In this document: in pieces, positions 50,901 through 59,300 of the stretch
Numbering within the stretch: position 1 is the first letter of the stretch
How the letters are laid out: every line of letters starts with the position of its first letter
Program-made: the position numbers and the translations under genes
The notes under the pieces: generated by a model
What the model saw: only the letters and a program-made list of their open reading frames with translations
Told to the model about the DNA's origin: nothing
Database searches by the model: none
Assembly (NCBI GenBank): GCA_965205015.1
Contig: OZ242029.1
Span: 4,128,001-4,192,000, forward strand
Origin: Candidatus Poribacteria bacterium
Lineage (GTDB): Bacteria > Poribacteria > WGA-4E > WGA-3G
Direction: 5' to 3'
Length of the DNA: 64,000 bases

Positions 50901-51067
50901 AGTATGAGGTGGGTGCGTATCAGGTATGTGAGAAGTGGTTAAAGGATCGGCGTGGTGAAGCGTTGCGCTATGAAGATGTGCGACAGTATCGTGCAATTTT
51001 GGTGGCTGTGGCGGAGACGCTTCGGGTTATGGCGGAGATTGATGGGGTTTTGTGGGGGATTGTCTGA
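47978..51067 (+). CDS. Single-chain restriction-modification enzyme (N6-adenine MTase with type ISP-like specificity domain, no helicase)
   Basis: RPDF...GYIEAE, GVYYTPP, LDPATGTGGF, LGNPPY, YRPFD, DFPRI, YQVCEKWLKDR. Confidence 0.85.
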   Translation: MNFQTRCNRYLQNIQQTHSTSAATPELSLYPHLQAFLEGIAVDPFDRDTITFTQEPRRLDQIGRPDFIAMDGLLPIGYIEAEVYGRDLEALTGHAREQNARFIENLDNFILTNFVEFRLYTEGQLRATANIQNDPENLEMLLERFLNAGGVQIASPEVLARYLARRTRELQIQIATTLTDENSEIHRMFSAFKETLISTLTPDDFADMYAQTLAYGLFAARCTLPNATNFSRHTAVEALPRSNPFLVQLFYHVASPTLETNVTYILDDIASLLRNVPTEMLRTAFAARNHLEDPVIHFYETFLAEYDPQRRVDRGVYYTPPQVISYIVRSVDSLLKTELNRSDGLADDNTLILDPATGTGGFLLTVLDHIRESVTEIYGTGEWNQYINAQLVKRIFGFELLVAPYTIAHLKLSLFLQAHGWRADERLRIYLTNTLENPGEMQPSLPFAGFISDEANAALSVKRDEPLLVILGNPPYQRSSANPSRDTDGTLNFIGRLMEDYRSVDGTRMAERNLQALQGDYVKFVRWAQWRIDKNGEGITGYIVNNGFLYGIIFRGMRQSLMNSFNTIYCFNLHGSSRIGEIVPDGETDENVFDIQQGTAILLCVKERGNVDPAKIYYADLWGNREEKYEILSETDVQTTSWTELIPDPPFYHFVPRHDQHIEEYEVGWELTDIFQASSIGIITARDRLTIHSTPEAVYTTATDFVSLSESEARQQYRLPRDRRDWQIRLAQEDLREHPDTEQHIVPINYRPFDTRYTYYTGQSRGFHCMPRPAIMSHLLTSENLALCTHRIIRSATTWQHAFITNRITDGNCVSNTDGPTHVFPLYLYPNPEELGISTERSLNFKPAFLTALSEAVGLSQVAPFNLPEGVSAEEILAYVYAVLYSPTYRERYYEFLKYDFPRISLPQDLDQFRTLAALGQRLMDWHLLKNVQIPPMHRFEGEGDGVVAQVRYLDGRVWINPNQYFTDVPPEVWEYEVGAYQVCEKWLKDRRGEALRYEDVRQYRAILVAVAETLRVMAEIDGVLWGIV

Positions 51068-51104
51068 ATCGCGGATTATCGCGGATTATGCAGATTTCGC
51101 TGAT
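51061..51104 (+). repeat. Repeat family A copy that supplies the stop codon of the RM gene
   Basis: TGTCTGAATCGCGGATTATCGCGGATTATGCAGATT; TGA at 51065-51067. Confidence 0.85.
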
Positions 51105-51418
51105 AAGAAGCCGGTTCGTAGTAGGGCGATTTATCGCCCGTTCTTTTCTGTGTATAATGAGTTTTCTTAATCTGAACAGAAACATTCAATAGCATTCAGT
51201 TCTGGCCCCTTTCAGATTCCGTTGAAATCTTGTGGTTTAATATGTTACTATCGAATTAACAGAAACAGGGTCGAATTTTCTAAACTACACTGTTATGGGG
51301 GTTTTATGGCAGAAGGACAATTTTTATTTAATATGGATTACCAGCAGTTTACTGAAATTTTGAACCAGCAAAATAATCTTTTCAAACTGCGAGAAAAATT
51401 TGATACGAGTAATGTACC

Positions 51419-51731
51419 TGTACTGCCATCGGAAATTAGGGCCACCCCCTAAACCAAGATTGGGATTGAGATTTCATTAGCACAGAGAGGGCGCCCTTGG
51501 GAGAACGGATATGCGGAAAGACTTATCCGTACCCTCAAGGAGGAAGAAGTTCACCTCAATGACTATGAGGACATCCATGAAGCGAGAACCCGTATTGGGC
51601 AGTTTATTGAACACGTGTATCATCACAAACGCCCTCACTCGGCGTTAGAGTATTTGATGCCTATGGAATTTCAGAAACAAAACTTGTCTTAACTTTACGG
51701 AATTTCGGCCCTAATAAGCGTTGGCACTTCA
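51419..51731 (+). mobile_element. Internally deleted IS3-family element
   Basis: TG...CA ends with 25-bp imperfect TIRs (19/25); encodes only the integrase C-terminus GRPWENGYAERLIRTLKEEEV...KRPHSAL. Confidence 0.85.
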
Positions 51732-52060
51732 CGCAGGCATTTTGGGAAATCGGTATGAAAGAGACAGCACAACCGCTTTGGTTGTCCGCTGCTACATACG
51801 AGGAACATATCGCACCGATGCTTGATGCCTTGGGGCGAGAGTTAGAAGGGGCGATGCATCGGATTAGCGCGGCATCGTGTTATGAGAAGGCGGGGGATCT
51901 GAGTCGAGCCGTGAACCTGTATCGTGCGGCACTGTCAGGTCCGTTGTGTGAAGATACGCGGGAAGAGGTTGAAAATATGCTGAGTGCTTGTCTCATTACG
52001 TTGAATCACCAGCCATCGGAAAACACTTTTTCTATACACCTGTCGCCCCGCTGGGGCTAA
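51732..52060 (+). pseudogene. 5'-truncated hypothetical gene (...QAFWEIGMKETAQPLW...)
   Basis: Frame is open back to the IS right end; a homologous N-terminal fragment lies at 54397-54516. Confidence 0.55.
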
Positions 52061-52087
52061 GATAACCCGAAAATAAAAAACACTTCT

Positions 52088-52267
52088 AATCCGCGAAATC
52101 TGCCTCATCCGCGAGAATCCGCGATTCAGACAGACAATCAGCAATAAGGCTTACGCATGATGCGCTTTTGTAGCATAAACTGTTAGTTTGTGCTACCAGA
52201 ACGCTGTGTTTTCCGAGAAATCTCATCTCACAGAATGGGAAATCACAGTCAAAATTGCGTAAGTCCT
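52088..52267. repeat. Repeat family A copy (52088-52131, -) and MITE-like element (52147-52267) containing a GTAG palindrome
   Basis: AATCCGCGATTCAGACA; CTTACGCA...TGCGTAAGTCCT ends. Confidence 0.7.
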
Positions 52268-52388
52268 GACTATAATTTCTCCTTATCAACCACAAGGGTG
52301 AAACGCGAAGCAATCTCATTTTCCCTTGCGATTGATCATAGATATGCCTATAATTGATTCAAAGCCAACACCGATAGGAGAAAAAACA

Positions 52389-53831
52389 ATGAATGCCTAC
52401 ATTAACGTAGAAAACTTTGGGCCGATAGAAAAGGCAGAGATAGACCTGCGTCCACTCACTGTATTCGTCGGCGAGAGCAACACCGGCAAGACCTATCTCG
52501 CCGCGCTCATTTACGCATTATACCAACATTTTAGGGGCATCTCACAATTTCCTTGGGCAGACTCTGTTTCCTCTCATCTCAGTTTTGTTTATCGTTTCCA
52601 CTCACCAAATCGGCAGGAAGAGATAGAAAAAGAGTTGTTAAAGGCACTTGAAAAGTTAAACACGCCTGGACGTCCGTTCAAATTTGCCGATTTACCGCAG
52701 CAGATGTCTTCTCGGTCGCAGTCTATACTCACTGATCAGGAAAACTTCACATATGAACTCCAACGGTGTTTCGATCTTGAATCTGCTTCCAAGTTAATTC
52801 AATTCACCCGGAGCCAAGACAACGAAATGAAAGTTTCACTTTCAGTTGGCGAGGGCGATCAAACATATTGGGATTTTGAAGCGCGAATCACTGAATCCGC
52901 CGATCCGACTATAATCGGGCACATCAATCCAGATATGATTCTCCTCAACGCAAAGGATCCAATGCGTAAGACTGAATTCAATGAAACATCCGATGTTGAA
53001 CGTCTATTTCAGACTTTAAGCGGGCGACGCTGGCGAACAGTGGATTCATACTACTTGCCTGCCGCTCGAAGCGGTATCATGGAAAGCCGAGACGTACTTG
53101 CCACTGCCCTCATCAAGCGAGCGACGCGCATCGGTTTAGATCGCCTTGAAGTCTCCACATTTTCCGGAATGATAGCAGATTTTCTGGAGCAAATTTTCCA
53201 ATACAAGGAACGCAAGAGATCCTCAAGCAAAATAAGTCGCGTCGCTGAACAACTGGAGACGGAACTGCTTGAGGGTAAAATAGAGGTTAAACGCCACTCG
53301 CCAGAAGCGTATCCAGAATTCCTTTACCGTCCAGATCAAGCGAAAGAAGGTTTACGGATGAGCCATTCCTCCGCCATGGTGTCCGAGCTTGCACCTTTAG
53401 TCCTCTTTCTGCGAGGTATCGTTAAACAGGGTGACCTACTCATTATTGAAGAACCTGAGTCCCACCTGCACCCAGGTGCCCAAACCAAAATCGCCCAAAC
53501 CTTTGCCCGTTTGGTCCGAGCCGGTGTTAACATTCTTATGACAACACACAGCAACTATCTCCTCCAACAAATCGGGAACCTCATTCGCGAAGGTGAATTG
53601 CGGAAACAGGGAGAATCCACAGATGAATCAAAAGACTGGCTCAAGGAGGAAGAGGTCGGGGCGTGGTCATTTCATAAGAATAAGCCCGTCACAGAACTCT
53701 TATTCGACCTTGTTGGAGGTATAGAACCCGAAGATCACTTAGATATAGCAGAGGATCTCTATAACCGTTCCGCAGGACTCCAAAATAGAATTGAAGAAAC
53801 CAAAGGGAGAGACGCCGTTGAATCTGAATAA
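52389..53831 (+). CDS. AAA_15/AAA_21-type ABC-like ATPase
   Basis: NFGPI, GESNTGKT, YLPAARSG, IIEEPESHLHP, TTHS; RBS AGGAG. Confidence 0.88.
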   Translation: MNAYINVENFGPIEKAEIDLRPLTVFVGESNTGKTYLAALIYALYQHFRGISQFPWADSVSSHLSFVYRFHSPNRQEEIEKELLKALEKLNTPGRPFKFADLPQQMSSRSQSILTDQENFTYELQRCFDLESASKLIQFTRSQDNEMKVSLSVGEGDQTYWDFEARITESADPTIIGHINPDMILLNAKDPMRKTEFNETSDVERLFQTLSGRRWRTVDSYYLPAARSGIMESRDVLATALIKRATRIGLDRLEVSTFSGMIADFLEQIFQYKERKRSSSKISRVAEQLETELLEGKIEVKRHSPEAYPEFLYRPDQAKEGLRMSHSSAMVSELAPLVLFLRGIVKQGDLLIIEEPESHLHPGAQTKIAQTFARLVRAGVNILMTTHSNYLLQQIGNLIREGELRKQGESTDESKDWLKEEEVGAWSFHKNKPVTELLFDLVGGIEPEDHLDIAEDLYNRSAGLQNRIEETKGRDAVESE

Positions 53832-54315
53832 AGGGTTTACCCACATTCAAAAGCAGGTATCTCCAAACAGTCTCACCAAGTCATGCAGCGGAGAAGGATG
53901 TCGAGTATACCTTACCGACATACCCAGGAAGCGGATCGTGATAAATGTAGAGAAAGAATTTGACGCACGCCGAGACAACCGAAAAAGGTCCGACCGTCTG
54001 ATGTTTTACGGGCACAAAAACACCTTCGTCGTCGTTCCAATTGAACTCAAAGGTCGTGGTAAAGGCGAAGAATCACAAGTTCTTGAGCAGTTGAAAAACA
54101 GTTTAGAATTTGCCGCTACCCTCGTGCAGGATGTGAAAAAAACCGTCTACGTTCCAATTGTGCTAACCAAGAACGGCATTAGATGGACGAATCCAAGACG
54201 TCAAAACCAAGAACTTAAACTGACATTCAAAGGTAAAACTTTGAGAGTTCTGACAGGGCGTTGTGGTAGACCGAAGAACCTCGCCAATTTACTGTCCAAC
54301 GCGGGTTATCTCTAA
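53818..54315 (+). CDS. Small basic protein, putative PD-(D/E)xK nuclease-like
   Basis: KRSDRLMF...VPIELKG...QL pattern; overlaps the ATPase stop; start codon uncertain. Confidence 0.55.
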   Translation: MNLNKGFTHIQKQVSPNSLTKSCSGEGCRVYLTDIPRKRIVINVEKEFDARRDNRKRSDRLMFYGHKNTFVVVPIELKGRGKGEESQVLEQLKNSLEFAATLVQDVKKTVYVPIVLTKNGIRWTNPRRQNQELKLTFKGKTLRVLTGRCGRPKNLANLLSNAGYL

Positions 54316-54396
54316 TCTTAATAGGACTTACACATTTCCTCTTAAAGAGTGGACGATTAGAGGTAATGAATTATCGGAACTTCAAGGAATAAGCAC

Positions 54397-54573
54397 ATGC
54401 CCAACGGAAAAACTAAATCCTACACAAAGACCCTCAAAGAGACGATGAATCGAAAATCAGAGATCCTCTCGAAGGCACAAGCATTTTGGAAAATTGGCAT
54501 GAAGGAAACGGCACAACTAAAATCCACGTCATCCATGTCATCCGCGAGAATCCGCGATTCAGACAGCAATTGA
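54397..54573 (+). pseudogene. 3'-truncated paralog of the 51732-52060 gene, interrupted by repeat family A (54520-54565, -)
   Basis: MPNGKTK...SKAQAFWKIGMKETAQ, then reads into the repeat. Confidence 0.55.
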
Positions 54574-54690
54574 ATGCCTCTGGAGATTCCGCTAATTGAC
54601 GATTTTCCCTTGCTTTGTGCAGAAAATTGTGGCAAAATATGTAAAGATTCTGGGTTTTCTACGCGAAGGAACTTACAACAGAAAAAGGTT

Positions 54691-55134
54691 ATGTTGAAAA
54701 CAATTCTGTGTCTCTCTGCGTGTTTGTGCGTGATGGCGGTGTCAGCTCAGGCAGAGTTAACATCCCAAGACCTCGATAAGATCCGTTTGATTATCCACGA
54801 GGCAAACGCCCCGATAAAAGCCGAGATAGCTTCTGTAAAAGAGGAACTCTCAAAAGATATTGTGTCCGTGAAAGAGGAACTCTCAAAAGATATCGCCTCT
54901 GTGAAAGACGCGCTTGCAAAAGAGATCGGATCCACAAAAAATGAGGTGTCAGAGGTGCGTGGCAGACTTGATGGACTTGAAAAGATGATGACGTGGCTAA
55001 TGGTTTTGATCGGAGTTGTCGTCGGTATTCCACAGATTATCATGGCATGGCGTAGCAAAAAGGATCGGGCCCAAGAAGAGGAGATTCAAGAACTTAGACA
55101 GGAAATAGAAATGCTCAAACAACAGCGGACGTAA
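54691..55134 (+). CDS. Signal-peptide coiled-coil protein with 11-residue repeats and C-terminal TM helix
   Basis: EIASVKEELSK/DIVSVKEELSK/DIASVKDALAK; 33-nt tandem repeat near 54823-54921. Confidence 0.65.
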   Translation: MLKTILCLSACLCVMAVSAQAELTSQDLDKIRLIIHEANAPIKAEIASVKEELSKDIVSVKEELSKDIASVKDALAKEIGSTKNEVSEVRGRLDGLEKMMTWLMVLIGVVVGIPQIIMAWRSKKDRAQEEEIQELRQEIEMLKQQRT

Positions 55135-55160
55135 GCCTGTGATCCGGAGAATGAGACGAT

Positions 55161-55760
55161 TTACGGATGAGTGGTGGCTTTGAAGACAGAATCAACCGCT
55201 CCAAAAAGTGTGGGTAAATTCGCCAATGCAAAGTCCGTTCTGTTTTGGGTAAAGGTGTCGCCGATAAGCCGTCCAAATTGCCACAATGTTCCATCGGTGA
55301 CAATGCCGTAGATAGGGAAACCAAGATCATCATTTATCTTCTGGGCGGCGACTAACTCCGCCAGACATTGCCCCCACCCTTGCTCAAAGTCGTTTTTTTT
55401 CGCCTCAACGAGCAGTATCAACGGACTTCCAACAACGGTCTTGCCCAATTCGGATCGGGTAGAGATAAAATAATCGGGTGTTCCGTTCAAGATGTCATCG
55501 TAAGCGATGGATTGTTTTATCCAGAGTGCGTATTGATCGGCATAAGCTTTATAACTCTCCTTCAAAACAGGAAAGATAATTGCTTCACACCGTGCCGCTT
55601 CAGAGGCGAAGACATGAATACGTTCCCGGGTAAATTCAAAGTCTCGCAGGAATTCCGCTGAAGGGCTTGACGGTTCGGCTTTAACAAAGTCATCTTCAGC
55701 GTATATGATTCCGAATTTCTCCTGCACTTCAGAGATTGTCTTGAAATCGCTAAATGCCAC
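55161..55760 (-). CDS. Hypothetical protein, restriction-endonuclease-like fold
   Basis: GTPDY...LLVEAKK...GQCLAEL...YGIVTDG; GTG start after GGAG. Confidence 0.65.
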   Translation of the reverse strand: MAFSDFKTISEVQEKFGIIYAEDDFVKAEPSSPSAEFLRDFEFTRERIHVFASEAARCEAIIFPVLKESYKAYADQYALWIKQSIAYDDILNGTPDYFISTRSELGKTVVGSPLILLVEAKKNDFEQGWGQCLAELVAAQKINDDLGFPIYGIVTDGTLWQFGRLIGDTFTQNRTDFALANLPTLFGAVDSVFKATTHP

Positions 55761-55775
55761 GGTTCTCCCTCCACA

Positions 55776-56357
55776 TTAAAATGTGACGCGTCTATAAATG
55801 TCGCGGAGCGGAAGTGCACAATTGATAGAAAAAAGCGGTAACACATCTGTAAGTTTACGGAATTCCGTTGAAATCCACTCCGTTTCTTGACGAAGGTAGT
55901 GCTCTACGCGCACTTTATCTTGTGAAATCAGGCTGTATTCTTGCAAGGCGGGAATCTGCCGATAACGTGCGAATTTTTCACCTCGATCCTCGGCTTCGGT
56001 TGAAGGTGAGAGTACCTCCACAACAATACGCGGATTGAGGAGCGTGTCAAAAACGTCGTCTTCAAAACGGAGCTCCTTGCAGGCAACGACCACATCTGGA
56101 TAGAAATAGGAAGTTGTCGTGCCAGCCTTGACACGCATGTCACCAATGAAGGCTTCACACTCACTATCGACTAATTGATTGGAAATCCCATTAAACACAT
56201 CCCCCGTGATGCGATTGTGCGCTCGACTGGCACCAGACATTGCGACTATTTCTCCTTTGATGAACTCATTTTTGAAGGGTGCTTTGCGCTCAAGGGTGAT
56301 GTACTCTTTGGGGGTTAAGCGAGTTCGCGCAGCAGCAGATACCATAGTTTCCTCCAC
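55776..56357 (-). CDS. Uma2-family endonuclease
   Basis: AMSGASRAH, YPDVVV, VEVLSPST, DRGEKF, LQEY; true start may be the internal Met (MVSA). Confidence 0.9.
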   Translation of the reverse strand: MEETMVSAAARTRLTPKEYITLERKAPFKNEFIKGEIVAMSGASRAHNRITGDVFNGISNQLVDSECEAFIGDMRVKAGTTTSYFYPDVVVACKELRFEDDVFDTLLNPRIVVEVLSPSTEAEDRGEKFARYRQIPALQEYSLISQDKVRVEHYLRQETEWISTEFRKLTDVLPLFSINCALPLRDIYRRVTF

Positions 56358-56452
56358 GAATCTGATAGCATTCCTAATATATTAACTCAAATTCACTGTG
56401 AATATTATAATAGGAAATCTATTGCAAAATCAACGAAATTCCGTGAATTGTT

Positions 56453-57907
56453 TCAATCCAACGGGAACAACGGGCGGCGGATGTCGTGGTATTCAAAATG
56501 TAGCGGGTTCACGGCAGTCAATCCGGGTGTATCTACCTCGATAATCTGTCCTGCGATGGGTTCGTAGGCGGCGCGGTAGGCGACCGCGGCTTTGACGACA
56601 ATCATCTGCATCTCGGTCGGGTCGATACCGAGACTGTAGAGCTGCTGGAGACTAAAGGGTGTCTGTCGCCGACTCGTCAGGACAACCAGAGAATCCCCAA
56701 CGGCGACGACAGTCGTCAACCCCTGATCGTGGTATCTCACGCCACCGTGCCGAGGCTGCGTTTCTATGTACTGTCCATCGTGGATGAGCCGGACAGTGCC
56801 GCGAATCGGGACGGGATCGCCGTGTCGGTCGTCCGCTTTTCCACCGACTTCGAGGGAAACCGTCCCACCGACTCCGGTTTGAATGCACGTTTGAACAGCC
56901 TCTGGATCGTAGACGACCACGACGAATCCGGATGCTTCCTGTCGGACCAACTCCCCTAAAATGAAAGTGCTATCTCCGGGTGAGCCACCACCGATGTTAT
57001 CCCCCATTTCAACAAGAATAACGGGATGGTTTTCAGAGTGGATGGCTTGCTCGACTGCCTGCTCAGCATTGGGAAGATCGAGCGTAAGGTGTCCACGGAC
57101 ATTCCAGAGCATGTCGGAGAGGCGATCGGCTTCTGTCTGAGCGAGTTCTGGGTCGTTATCAGTGACGACGACGAAAGCGGGTCCCGCCTCATGGACATCG
57201 GCGTACGGATAACCCACGGCGACGCTCCCGACGAGGATATTCGGATTTTCTTCTAACTGCGTCGCGGCGTTGAGGATAGGTTCCATCGGTGGCACGCTGG
57301 TGACATGATACAGGATGTTGAGGAGCATCGGCGGCTTGGCGAGTGCTTGCGTCGGTGTAACCTCACCTCGGAGTATCCGCATCATCAATTCCGCTGCCTG
57401 TAGTCCACGTTGACGTTGATCGATGTGGGGTGTTGTCTTGTAAATCACGAGGGCGGTCGATTCGGTGACCATCTGCTCGGAGACGTTGGCGTGCTGGTCA
57501 AGCGTGACAACAATCGGAAAGTCCCGCCCGAATGCATCCCGGAGCCGTCGTAAGACTTCGCCATCGCCATCAGGGTAGCTCTCAACGGCCATCGCGCCGT
57601 GTAGTGCGAGGAGGAGTCCTTCGTGTTTCGGTGCGGCTTTGAGGTGCTGGATTAATATCTCGGTCATCCGGTCGAATACATCGTCCGTCACACGTCCTGC
57701 AGGCATGGCAGTCGCCATAAACGTTGGATAAATCGTATAATCGTATTGTGTCGCGCCTTGAATGAATCCGCTTATTTCGTGGTGTGCTTCTCCCCACGTC
57801 TTTATTATATTACTGGCATGGGTTTGAGAGAACGCAGCGGCATCGGTGGGGGTGCCGCTAAATGTGTTCGATTCATGCATGATTCCGGCGATAGCAAGTG
57901 TTGTCAT
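56453..57907 (-). CDS. M81-family metallopeptidase (MlrC-like)
   Basis: HESNTF, LHGAM, LDQHAN, PHID, DNIGGG, IVVKA. Confidence 0.9.
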   Translation of the reverse strand: MTTLAIAGIMHESNTFSGTPTDAAAFSQTHASNIIKTWGEAHHEISGFIQGATQYDYTIYPTFMATAMPAGRVTDDVFDRMTEILIQHLKAAPKHEGLLLALHGAMAVESYPDGDGEVLRRLRDAFGRDFPIVVTLDQHANVSEQMVTESTALVIYKTTPHIDQRQRGLQAAELMMRILRGEVTPTQALAKPPMLLNILYHVTSVPPMEPILNAATQLEENPNILVGSVAVGYPYADVHEAGPAFVVVTDNDPELAQTEADRLSDMLWNVRGHLTLDLPNAEQAVEQAIHSENHPVILVEMGDNIGGGSPGDSTFILGELVRQEASGFVVVVYDPEAVQTCIQTGVGGTVSLEVGGKADDRHGDPVPIRGTVRLIHDGQYIETQPRHGGVRYHDQGLTTVVAVGDSLVVLTSRRQTPFSLQQLYSLGIDPTEMQMIVVKAAVAYRAAYEPIAGQIIEVDTPGLTAVNPLHFEYHDIRRPLFPLD

Positions 57908-57941
57908 GATAGTTCGTTTAACCTCTTAGTGGGAAAGTTAT

Positions 57942-58216
57942 CGTAGGGAATCAACGCTGAATGCGCGTATGGCATTCAGCGGGGTTGAACGGATACCACC
58001 AAAATCGTAGAAACAATGGAGGAACGAAACTTTCTCCTAATACGCCACATCAAATAGGGAGCAAGTGAAACCCAACGCTCTTCCTGTGAGGTATTCGGAA
58101 ATATGGCAGTATGACGTTGGGTTTCGCTATATCGCTGACTGATATCATCACATAGAATGTTGAATATGCTTGGGGGCCAGCATCGCCTTTCTTAGTTCTG
58201 CTCAACCCAACCTACG
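57942..58216. repeat. Composite REP-like palindromic element
   Basis: CGTAGG...GGGTTGA / GAAACCCAACG...CGTTGGGTTTC / TCAACCCAACCTACG nested inverted repeats. Confidence 0.55.
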
Positions 58217-58347
58217 GGCTTTTCTCCTGATAACTGAAAACTAAAAAATGCCTTGACGGATACAGTGGAAATAGTGTATCATTTAACAATCTTTAAGTCT
58301 CCTATTTTCTAACAGCAGGATAAGACGATTACTCACGATTGGAAAGC

Positions 58348-59061
58348 ATGACGCAGAACGGCACTCGGAAGAATCAGATCGAAGAAGCAATAGAAGTCGC
58401 CGCCGAAGCCCATCAAGGGCAATATCGGAAAGGCACTGACACGCCCTATATCACACACCCTTATGCCGTTGGGCTCATTTTAATGGAAGCAGGATGTCCT
58501 GAAGCCGTGATTATTGCAGGGATCCTGCACGATACCGTCGAGGACACCGATCTGACCCTGGAGTTTATTCGAGACCGTTTTGGCGACGTTATCGCAGACA
58601 TCGTCGAAGGATGTTCAGAGAATAAAGCGTTGCGGTGGCGAGCGCGCAAGACTGAACGGATTGAGGCTTTACGCACAGCAAGCCCCGAAGTCTGCATCGT
58701 AACATGCGCCGACAAACTTCATAACCTACGCACTATTATTTCAGAGTACGATGTCATCGGTGATGCCGTGTGGGATCGGTTCCACGGTGGTGTCGAGGAT
58801 CAAGCGTGGTATTACCGCAGTATTCTCGGTGCAATCGCTGATCGAGACACGACTTTACAAAAAAGCGGAGTTCGTGCTAAACTGTCTGAACATGACAGCG
58901 GTGTAAACACCCACTCCGATGGCAATGACACCGTACCTCAACAAGAGCCCTCCGATAGCAACGACGCTCGGAAGACTCCCACAGCAATAGATGCTATAAA
59001 TCCTCAACTCTTTCGACAGTTTCAGCAGGCTGTGGCATATCTATTTGATGGTGATTCGTAA
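58348..59061 (+). CDS. HD-domain protein (RelA/SpoT hydrolase-like)
   Basis: AHQGQYRKG, PYITHP, LHDTVEDT, ADKLHN. Confidence 0.85.
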   Translation: MTQNGTRKNQIEEAIEVAAEAHQGQYRKGTDTPYITHPYAVGLILMEAGCPEAVIIAGILHDTVEDTDLTLEFIRDRFGDVIADIVEGCSENKALRWRARKTERIEALRTASPEVCIVTCADKLHNLRTIISEYDVIGDAVWDRFHGGVEDQAWYYRSILGAIADRDTTLQKSGVRAKLSEHDSGVNTHSDGNDTVPQQEPSDSNDARKTPTAIDAINPQLFRQFQQAVAYLFDGDS

Positions 59062-59083
59062 ATGACGAAGCCATACCTGCAGA

Positions 59084-59296
59084 AAGGCGAGGTTAGATGA
59101 AGTTTAAATAAATATTTCGGTAATCCTATCCCAAAAAAGACATTGTAGGGGGTTTTTGCTTGGGTGTTTCCCCAGGTCTTGTGCCTGCCCACATATTACC
59201 GAATTAAATTCTTAATCTTCATGAAACTCGCCAGCGGAATATAAGGAGAGATTTAAGGCGGGGTTAGAAACCTCGCCAGCGGAATATAAGGAGAGA
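59084..59296. mobile_element. Nested repeat: REP interrupted by a MITE-like element that contains another REP
   Basis: 28-bp imperfect TIRs at 59097-59124 and 59195-59222; 25-bp direct repeat at 59227-59251 and 59272-59296. Confidence 0.6.
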
Positions 59297-59300
59297 CCTA

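Noticed and set aside
7165-54565. Family A repeats as integron attC sites
   Set aside because: They lack RYYYAAC...GTTRRRY ends, occur in both orientations, and no integrase is present.
59227-59296. 25-bp direct repeats as a possible CRISPR array
   Set aside because: Only two copies, they include an RBS and part of a REP, and there are no cas genes.
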